Below are positions 1-6,920 of a stretch of DNA of 21,053 bases, piece after piece; position 1 is the first letter of the stretch, and each line of letters begins with the position of its first letter. Below the pieces are notes generated by a model. It was not told where the DNA came from. It saw nothing but the letters and a program-made list of their open reading frames with translations, and did not search any database. Source of the stretch: Nitrospinota bacterium (GTDB lineage: Bacteria; UBA8248); the NCBI GenBank assembly GCA_036231405.1, contig JAZAHK010000040.1, positions 1-21,053 on the forward strand, written 5' to 3'. Made by a program: the position numbers and the translations under genes.

Positions 1-454
1 TGCTCATAGGATAGGTTAAGGTCGCTTTTACTTTTTTGTCTGGCCCTATCAAAAATACTGATCGTGCCGTTGCATTGTCCGCGGCTGTTCTACCCTCAGA
101 AGAATTTCCATCCTCTGAAGGCAACATATCGAAAGCCTTGACTACTTCCAGTCCTGGGTCGCCTATTAGCGGATAACTAACAGGGTGCCCCTGAGAATTT
201 TCAATATCTTTGGACCATTTTTCGTGGTCAGAAACGCCATCAACACTGATTCCAAGTATTTTGCAATTCCTTTTTTCAAACTCATTTTTCAGTCCGGCCA
301 TAAAGCCCAGTTCTGTTGTACATACGGGGGTGAAATCTTTTGGATGAGAGAATAGAATTACCCATCCATCCCCAATCCATTCATGGAAATTGATTGTTCC
401 TTGTGTAGTTTCTGCAGTGAAATTTGGGGCTTCATCGTTAATTCTTAAAGTCAT
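1..454 (-). CDS. 1-Cys peroxiredoxin (Prx6 family), 5' part; continues beyond the window's left edge
   Basis: Not in the ORF track. Hand translation from ATG at 454-452 (RBS AGGAGGG at 467-461) gives MTLRINDEAPNFTAETTQGTINFHEWIGDGWVILFSHPKDFTPVCTTELG...ARSVFLIGPDKKVKATLTYPMS, open to position 1. FSHPxDFTPVCTTE is the Prx6 signature. Confidence 0.95.
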   Translation of the reverse strand, partial: MTLRINDEAPNFTAETTQGTINFHEWIGDGWVILFSHPKDFTPVCTTELGFMAGLKNEFEKRNCKILGISVDGVSDHEKWSKDIENSQGHPVSYPLIGDPGLEVVKAFDMLPSEDGNSSEGRTAADNATARSVFLIGPDKKVKATLTYPMS

Positions 455-554
455 TATTTTCCCTCCTAAAAAATTGGATTTCAAATTATTTTCAACTAAC
501 AGTAATTTTTTATTATTAGTTTTTTTTTAGGAATAATTCCATTAGACTGGTTTT

Positions 555-1991
555 ATGTCAATTGAACCCAAATCATATATTCATTCGGCGGCTAATATTC
601 TTGTTCATGTTCCTGAACTTGTGCGTTACGGGTCTAAGTGTCACAGTGAAATCGAAGAATTCGGCGAAGATTTTGTAGTTCAATTGAATCAACGCCTTCG
701 TAATTTTGATGAAGTTGTCTCCTATGCCCCGAATCAGACATTTATAGGTAATTTAAAACCAGAAGAACTTGATAAAAAATCGCAGCCTTGGTTCGAAAAT
801 CCTATTCATGGATCTTCTAAGGAAGGTTCCTTTGGCCAAATTCTAGATCAGTCATCTTTTTACATGCTTTTAAAATCTGCTGATGATTTTGATCTCTTTA
901 TGTTGGACTCTAATTTCATCGCTTCAAATTATAGTTGTGATGATACTACAAAAAAAATCTTCAATTCTAAGTTTTTAGAAAAAGGATCCGACATTGATGA
1001 AATTGGAAAGCAAACAAAATTGGAAAAAACTTTGGCTATTGAAAACAAGGGGAAACTTGTGGGATGTTTTCGTTCTGATCATGAAAAAGATGAGTCTTTA
1101 GATGCTAGAATTTTATTGGAAAATTTATCGGCTAAGGCTAGTGGTGCTTTTGCGTTGAATCGTCTTTTATCTCAGGAATCAATCGATCCATTATCAGTAG
1201 AATATATAATAAGTTGTTCAGAAGAGGCTATAGGGGACCGTTACAATCGTGGAGGAGGAAACCTCGCCAAAGCGATTGGAGAGATGGTTGGTTGTAGTAA
1301 TGCTGCTGCGATGGATGTAAAAGCATTTTGTGCTGCTCCTGTATATGCGCTCATTCATGCTGCTTCATTGATACAGTCAAAAGTTGTCAAAAATGTTGCT
1401 GTGGTTGGAGGTGGTTCTCTTGCAAAATTAGGGATGAAAGCACATTTTCATATAGAAAAACAAATGCCCATACTTGAAGATTTACTTGGTGGAGTTGCAT
1501 TCTTCCTATCCTCTGATGGCACAGAAGGTACTCCCTATGTAAATTTAGAGATTGTCGGGCATCATCGTATAGGCAGTGCTTCTTCTCCACAAGAGATGAT
1601 TGAATCACTGGTTTACAAACCTTTACACAAAGTAAATTTGACTGTTTTTGATATTGATAAATTCTGCGTGGAACTTCATAATCCTGAAATCACTGTTCCT
1701 GCTGGTGCTGGGAATGTTCCCTTGGTTAACTATAAAACTATAGCTGCTCTTGCAGTGATGAAAAACGAGTTGACAAAGGAATGCATTCAGGATTTCATTG
1801 TTGAAAAAGGCATGCCAGGATTTTCTCCTACTCAGGGGCATATTCCAGCGGGTGTTCCTTATCTAGGATACGCGCTCAACGCTTTAAGAGAAGGGTCTTT
1901 CAAGAGAACTATGGTTGTAGCGAAAGGCAGTTTGTTTCTTGGTCGAATGACGAGGAGTGCAGATGGAGTATCCGTGGTAGTGCAGGTATAG
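555..1991 (+). CDS. grdC: Glycine/sarcosine/betaine reductase component C subunit beta-like protein (FabH/thiolase fold)
   Basis: GrdC-type motifs YAPNQTFIGN, LENLSAKASG, CSEEAIGDRYNRGGGNLAKAIGE, DVKAFCAAP, AKLGM, ELHNPEIT.PAGAGNVP..NYKTIAALAV, GMPGFSPTQGHIP and KGSLFLGRMT. Adjacent to grdA/E/B. Confidence 0.93.
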   Translation: MSIEPKSYIHSAANILVHVPELVRYGSKCHSEIEEFGEDFVVQLNQRLRNFDEVVSYAPNQTFIGNLKPEELDKKSQPWFENPIHGSSKEGSFGQILDQSSFYMLLKSADDFDLFMLDSNFIASNYSCDDTTKKIFNSKFLEKGSDIDEIGKQTKLEKTLAIENKGKLVGCFRSDHEKDESLDARILLENLSAKASGAFALNRLLSQESIDPLSVEYIISCSEEAIGDRYNRGGGNLAKAIGEMVGCSNAAAMDVKAFCAAPVYALIHAASLIQSKVVKNVAVVGGGSLAKLGMKAHFHIEKQMPILEDLLGGVAFFLSSDGTEGTPYVNLEIVGHHRIGSASSPQEMIESLVYKPLHKVNLTVFDIDKFCVELHNPEITVPAGAGNVPLVNYKTIAALAVMKNELTKECIQDFIVEKGMPGFSPTQGHIPAGVPYLGYALNALREGSFKRTMVVAKGSLFLGRMTRSADGVSVVVQV

Positions 1992-2025
1992 ATTGTAAAC
2001 TTAAAATTAAAGAGGAGTGCTTGTT

Positions 2026-2478
2026 ATGGATGATCGGAAAGTCATTATCCTTGGAGAAAGAGATGGTATCCCAGGACCGACTATTGCCGAGTGTCTCGAG
2101 GCTGCAGGACGGGAAATTATTTTTCAGAAAACGGAATGTTTTGTTTGAACCTCTGCAGGTGCAATGGACCTGGACAACCAAGCGACCATCAAAAAGCTTT
2201 CTGAGGAATATGGTTCAGAAAATTTGATGGTAGTCTTAGGTATGCCAACTGATGGATTGATGATAGCAGTAGAGACCTTAACAAAAGGGGATCCAAGTTG
2301 GGCAGGACCATTAGCGGGGGTCTCGTTGGGACTTCCTGTCTACCATGTACTTGAAGAGGAAATCAGGGATTTGATTCCTATTGAAATGTATGAAGAAAAG
2401 CTAAAGATGATGGAAATAGTTCTAGATCTGGAAGAAATTGAGTCTAGTTTGTCACAGATGCGATCGGGCACTTCATAA
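2026..2478 (+). CDS. grdA: Reductase selenoprotein A (150 aa; Sec41 encoded by TGA 2146-2148)
   Basis: ATG 2026 follows RBS AGAGGAG and reads MDDRKVIILGERDGIPGPTIAECLEAAGREIIFQKTECFV-(TGA)-TSAGAMDLDNQ..., in frame with track ORF 2164..2478. CFVU is the GrdA CxxU motif. GDPSWAGPLAGVSLGLPVYH is also a GrdA hallmark. Confidence 0.95.
2149..2174 (+). promoter_or_regulatory. Candidate SECIS element of grdA
   Basis: Stem CAGGT (2156-2160)/ACCTG (2168-2172) with loop GCAATGG directly after the UGA. An alternative mini-fold is TGC-AGGT-GCA (2154-2163). The exact fold is uncertain. Confidence 0.5.
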
Positions 2479-2500
2479 AAAAATTTTGGAGAGTGAGATA

Positions 2501-3778
2501 ATGCGTTTAGAAATGGGTTTGTTCCCTGTCGATAATATTGTAGAAGGAAACGATTCTACTTTTTCTAATGGATTATTGACTCTTAATTTCGAACAACTTC
2601 GTGGAATGGTAATGGAAGAGGGGAAATTTGAGGATGTTAGTTTTCATATTGCTCTTCCCGGTGATTCTGTCAGAATCACCAATGTGTTAGATGCAGTTGA
2701 ACCAATTCATAAGATAAATGGAAATTCGTGCGAATTTCCTGGTTTCCTAGGGCCTGCAAGAACGGCGGGAGATGGAAAAACTCATAAACTCTCAGGGATG
2801 TGTGTATTAAGTTCGACGTATTTTTTGGGTCCTCAGACAGGTATAATGACGTGCCGTGAAGGCATCATTGATATGTCTGGCCCAGGGACCAAATTTTGTA
2901 CAAATTCGGATACTTTCAACCTTGTCATTAGATATATTCCACTTCCAAGCACGACCAATGTTGAACACGATGATGCCGTAAGACTTTCAACACTTCGTAT
3001 TTCTTCATGGCTTGGGAGTTTGACAAAAGAAATGACTCCAAAAGAAACAAAAATCTATGAACTTCTTGATGTAGATCCTTCTCTTCCAAAAGTGGTTTAT
3101 GTTGATCAGGTAATGCATCAAGCCCCTATGGTGCAGACCTTTATGTACGGAAAAGATTTGGGAGATTCTCTTCCCACACTCATACACCCGAACGAAATGC
3201 TTGATGGTGCTGTTGTTGGCGCAAATTATAAAACATCACAAAAAGTACCGACTTATCTCCATTGTAATAAACCGCTAATCCTCGAACTGTATAGGCGTCA
3301 TGGGATAGATTTAAATTTTGCGGGCATGATTCTTACTAGAGGACACAGAGATAATCAAGCTCTGAAAGAACGTTCTGCTCAATACGTTGCGAAACTTGCA
3401 AAAATTCTCCATGCGGATGGTGCTGTTTTGTCCTTTGAAGGAGGTGGGAATTCATCCGTTGATTACTGGCTAACTGTTCAAGCTCTTGAACAAATGGAGA
3501 TAACTGCGGTTCCGATTGTTTATGAAGTTGGACGGCCAGGAACAAGCGAATTCCCTCTTGTTTATCATGTTCCTGAGGCGAACTCTATTATCAGTAAAGG
3601 CGCTAATGGGGATAAGGTAGATGCTCCTGCAATGGAAAGAGTGATTGGGTCCAAAAAAATCTTTTTATATGGAGGACAAGAATTTAACGCCAGTGGAAAT
3701 TTGCAACTTACGAATTCTGATTACTATGCGACAGAATGGGCTTTAGATTTAAACGGTTTTGTTGGGAAGGATTATTAA
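2501..3778 (+). CDS. Reductase component B alpha/beta proprotein-like (GrdE/GrdG/GrdI family), 425 aa
   Basis: Start moved to ATG 2501 (RBS GGAGAG 2488-2493; MRLEMG N-terminus). Motifs PGDSVRITNVLDAVEP, FPGF, GDGKTHKL, EGIIDMSGPG, LPKVVYV, PTLIHPNEMLDGAVV, LYRRHGIDLNFAG, KERSA and ADGAVLSFEGGGN. Confidence 0.9.
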   Translation: MRLEMGLFPVDNIVEGNDSTFSNGLLTLNFEQLRGMVMEEGKFEDVSFHIALPGDSVRITNVLDAVEPIHKINGNSCEFPGFLGPARTAGDGKTHKLSGMCVLSSTYFLGPQTGIMTCREGIIDMSGPGTKFCTNSDTFNLVIRYIPLPSTTNVEHDDAVRLSTLRISSWLGSLTKEMTPKETKIYELLDVDPSLPKVVYVDQVMHQAPMVQTFMYGKDLGDSLPTLIHPNEMLDGAVVGANYKTSQKVPTYLHCNKPLILELYRRHGIDLNFAGMILTRGHRDNQALKERSAQYVAKLAKILHADGAVLSFEGGGNSSVDYWLTVQALEQMEITAVPIVYEVGRPGTSEFPLVYHVPEANSIISKGANGDKVDAPAMERVIGSKKIFLYGGQEFNASGNLQLTNSDYYATEWALDLNGFVGKDY

Positions 3779-3814
3779 TCCAAGTACAATTTCGATAATG
3801 GAGGTTAGTAGACT

Positions 3815-5131
3815 ATGAATGAGATTAAGATAGTTCATTTCCTTAATCAGTTTTTTGCAGGTTCTGGCGGAGAGAAAATGGCCGAAGAGCCTCTTAATTT
3901 CCATGATCAGGAAATTGGCCCAGGAGTTTTGTTAAATAAAATACTGGGAGCAAACGGAAAAGTTGTCGGAACTATCTCTTGTGGTGACAATTATTTTTTT
4001 AAGAATGAAAGCTCTGTATACGAGAAGATAAGCGAATATATTAAAAAAACTGCTCCAGATCTTTTGATTGCTGGACCTGCGTTCAATGCAGGTCGCTATG
4101 GTCTTGCCTGCGCGAACTTGTGTAAGGAAGTTTCCAAGCGGGGTTATTGTAAGGTAATTACCGGAATGTTTGAAGAGAATCCCGGTGTTGATGCTGGAAA
4201 GGGAAGTGTACTTATCATCCAAACTGGCCCATCTGTTGGAGATATGGAAAGTGCATTAGATAATATTTTGAGAATTGGATTAAAACTTGTTTCTGGTGAA
4301 AAAATTAATTCTGCCCAAGATGAAGGCTATTTTCCCACAGGTGTTAGAAATAACGTCCAACTTGACACTCCTGCTTCACCAAGAGCGGTTGACTTACTTC
4401 TAAAAAAAATAAAAGGCGATTCTTATGTGTCTGAACTTATTGTCCCAGTTTTGGACAAGGTGGATCCTCCTGAACCCATTTCTGATTTAAAAACTGCGGT
4501 GATTGCTATTGCATCAGAAGGTGGAATGGTGCCTCCTGATAATCCTCATAAAATACCAGGTTCTAGGACTAATAAATGGGGGGTGTATTCCTTTTTAGGG
4601 AGAAATGAGCTTGAGAAAGATTCTTTTATTTCCATTCACGGTGGTTTTAATACAGTTTTTGTGAACGAGGATCCGGATCGTATTATTCCTCTGGATGCAC
4701 TGCGTGTTTTCGAAGGACGTGGAGAAATTGGGAAAGTGTATGAGGATTTCCTAAGTACATGTGGGAATGGAGGTGCGTTTGGTCACATGCAAGAAATTGG
4801 TCAAGCTTGGGCTAAAGAACTGAAAAAAGGGGGAGTCACTGGAGTAATACTACCTGCAACCTGAGGAACAGGTACACGCAGCGGTGCTGCGTTAGCGAAA
4901 GAACTCGAAAGAGAAAAAATTCCTACTGCTCTTATTACTTGTCTTCCAGATGTTGCTAAAGATATAGGTGCGAACCGTATAGTAAATAATAAAGCTGGAC
5001 ACTTCCATCATCCCTTTGGTGAGCCAAGTATGCCAAGAAAGGCAGAAGAAGCGTGGCGTTTGGGTGCGGTGAAAAGTGCTCTTGAAGCTTTACAAACTTC
5101 TGTCGAGGTTCCTACTGTTTTTGAATACTAG
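3815..5131 (+). CDS. Reductase selenoprotein B (GrdB/GrdF/GrdH family), 438 aa; Sec350 encoded by TGA 4862-4864
   Basis: Motifs IVHFLNQFFAGSGGE, CGDNYF, AGPAFNAGRYGLAC, GMFEENPG, HGGF and EDPDRIIPLD. Reading through the TGA gives GTGTRSGAALAKELEREKIPTALITCLPDVAKDIGANRIV...HPFGEP...ALEALQTSVEVPTVFEY to TAG 5129-5131, the typical GrdB C-terminal domain. Confidence 0.93.
4876..4892 (+). promoter_or_regulatory. Candidate SECIS element of the grdB-like gene
   Basis: Perfect 7-bp stem ACGCAGC (4876-4882)/GCTGCGT (4886-4892) with a GGT apical loop, starting 11 nt after the UGA. Spacing and G/U loop resemble the E. coli fdhF SECIS. Confidence 0.75.
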
Positions 5132-5204
5132 TGATTTTCCATTTAATATTGATGTATAGTAATTTTTATATAAAACATTCAGAGTTTGTTTTTGGGAGAC
5201 TTTA

Positions 5205-6158
5205 ATGGTTCTAGATTATTTAGAATTAAGAAGAAGAACTCAGGATAGGGATAAGTCACTTCGGGAGAAAGTGATGAACTTAGAAGAGGCGGCGAATCTT
5301 GTGTCTGACGGTGATCATATTGCACTGGGAGGTTCGACAGCATCTCGAACATCTTTTGCGCTTCTTTGGTCTCTGATAAGGGCCAAGAAAAAATTTTTAA
5401 CCTTTTCCAGAAGTATAGTTTCTACCGAAGGAGACTTGATCTTTGCCTCTGGAATTGGAAAAGAAATCCAAACTAGTTGGTTTAGCCAAGGGATTGTCTG
5501 GGGTGTATCAAGAGTAATGCGACATTTTACTGAAAATAATTTGGCGACTTACAAAGAATGGAGTCATATGTCTATGGGTCTGCGATATAGAGCAGGAGCT
5601 ATGGGCGTGCCATTCATGCCAATGAGATCTATGATGGGTTCTGATGTCGCGGGTAGATTGGAAAATTTAAAAGAAATGATTTGCCCTTTTACGGGAGAGA
5701 AAATTTTATTAGTTCCTGCATTAAATCCGGATGTTGCTCTTATCCATGTGCAACGTTGTGATTCATTTGGAAATGCACAATTAGACGGATTGACTTTTAT
5801 GGATATAGATATGGCAATGGCTGCAAACAGGGTGATTTTAACTACTGAAAGGATTATTTCTAATGATCAGATAAGAAGATCTCCCGATTTGACAAAAATA
5901 CCTTTTTTTACAGTAGATGGTGTTGTAGAGGTTCCATACGGGTGTGTTCCCCATGAGTGTTACGGAGTCTATGAACCTTTTTTCCCCCATATGGATTATT
6001 ATGCTGAACTTACGAGGAAAGATCCTATGAAAGGAGTAAAAGAATATTTAGACCGGTTTTATTATTCTCCAAAAAACTGGAACGAGTATCTTGCTTTAAT
6101 CGGAATAGACGAAATTTTCGGTGCAACTCAAAGAGGGAGAAGTATTTATGACGATTAA
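5205..6158 (+). CDS. Class I CoA-transferase subunit A (glutaconate CoA-transferase GctA/CatI-like)
   Basis: KVMNLEEAANLVSDGDHIALGG, YRAGAMGVPFMP.RS..GSD, CPFTGEKILLVPALNPDVALIHVQRCD.FGN, AANRVILTTERI. RBS GGGAG. Confidence 0.9.
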   Translation: MVLDYLELRRRTQDRDKSLREKVMNLEEAANLVSDGDHIALGGSTASRTSFALLWSLIRAKKKFLTFSRSIVSTEGDLIFASGIGKEIQTSWFSQGIVWGVSRVMRHFTENNLATYKEWSHMSMGLRYRAGAMGVPFMPMRSMMGSDVAGRLENLKEMICPFTGEKILLVPALNPDVALIHVQRCDSFGNAQLDGLTFMDIDMAMAANRVILTTERIISNDQIRRSPDLTKIPFFTVDGVVEVPYGCVPHECYGVYEPFFPHMDYYAELTRKDPMKGVKEYLDRFYYSPKNWNEYLALIGIDEIFGATQRGRSIYDD

Positions 6159-6918
6159 AGCTGATTCTTTTACCTCTTCAGAACTGCTCTGTATAATGAG
6201 TGCACGTGCATTAAAAGATGGACAAGTAGTTTTTGCGGGTGTGGGGATTCCTCTATTAGCAGCTACTCTTGCACAAAGGCTACACGCACCTGGACTAACT
6301 ATTCTTTTTGAAGGAGGAACTATTGGTCCACATATAGTTCCCGGAGAATTACCACCGACGACGAATGAGCAACGTTGTACTAGAAAAGCTAATATGTTGG
6401 TAAGTATTACTGAAGTTCTTCTTTTGCTACAACGAGGTTATGTTGATATTGGTTTTATGGGTGGTGCTCAAATAGATAAATTTGGGAATTTGAATAGTTC
6501 ATTTATTGGAAATGTTGAAAACCCTTCAGTAAGATTGCCGGGAACAGGTGGCGGAAATGATATTGCTAGCCTCTCCAAAATGATAGTTGCTATGCCACAA
6601 GAGAAACGCCGTTTTGTTGATAAAGTAGATTTTATAACAAGCCCAGGATACCTTAACGGTGGCAGTACCCGAAAAGATTCTGGTTTAATTTCTGGAGGAA
6701 TGTACAGAATTGTGACTGATCTAGCCATTTTAGGTTTTGATGAAAATGGAAGGATGCAAGTGGAAGCTCTTCATCCTGGAATAACTACAGACCAGGTGAA
6801 AGAAAATACAGGTTTTGAACTCAAAATTGACGAAAACATATCAAGAACGGATCCTCCCACAGAAGGGGAATTAAGTGCACTTCGAATTTTAGATCCTGAC
6901 AAAGTTTATATTGCTTAA
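6148..6918 (+). CDS. Class I CoA-transferase subunit B (GctB/CatJ-like)
   Basis: Likely start ATG 6148 (RBS GAGGGAG; 11-nt overlap with subunit A). Motifs VFAGVGIP, ILFEGG (Glu55, the catalytic Glu position), GFMGGAQIDKFGNLNS, RLPGTGGGNDIAS and FVDKVDFITSPG. Confidence 0.9.
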   Translation: MTIKADSFTSSELLCIMSARALKDGQVVFAGVGIPLLAATLAQRLHAPGLTILFEGGTIGPHIVPGELPPTTNEQRCTRKANMLVSITEVLLLLQRGYVDIGFMGGAQIDKFGNLNSSFIGNVENPSVRLPGTGGGNDIASLSKMIVAMPQEKRRFVDKVDFITSPGYLNGGSTRKDSGLISGGMYRIVTDLAILGFDENGRMQVEALHPGITTDQVKENTGFELKIDENISRTDPPTEGELSALRILDPDKVYIA

Positions 6919-6920
6919 AA

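Noticed and set aside
2021-2227. Track ORF of 68 aa on the + strand
   Set aside because: Out-of-frame overlap with the real grdA frame, with no recognisable motifs.
2438-2500. Track N-terminal extension of the grdE-like gene (likewise 6121, 8149 and 10383 starts)
   Set aside because: Most overlap upstream genes. Downstream ATGs at 2501, 6148, 8218 and 10401 have RBSs and family-typical N-termini.
2146-4864. Internal TGA codons read as nonsense mutations (pseudogenes) or as an alternative genetic code
   Set aside because: Both fall exactly at the known Sec positions with conserved sequence on both sides. Trp is encoded by TGG elsewhere, and TGA serves as an ordinary stop at 8202-8204 and 16758-16760.
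3815-5131. Naming the B component specifically grdB/grdF/grdH or D-proline reductase prdB
   Set aside because: The length and linkage to GrdA/GrdC exclude PrdB, and the active-site motifs match none of the characterised substrate-specific types as recalled.
5149-5176. Possible sigma70 promoter (TTGATG…TAAAAC) and palindrome TTTTATATAAAA before the CoA-transferase
   Set aside because: Weak consensus in very AT-rich DNA and cannot be distinguished from chance. If real, it would mean the CoA-transferase is transcribed separately from grd.
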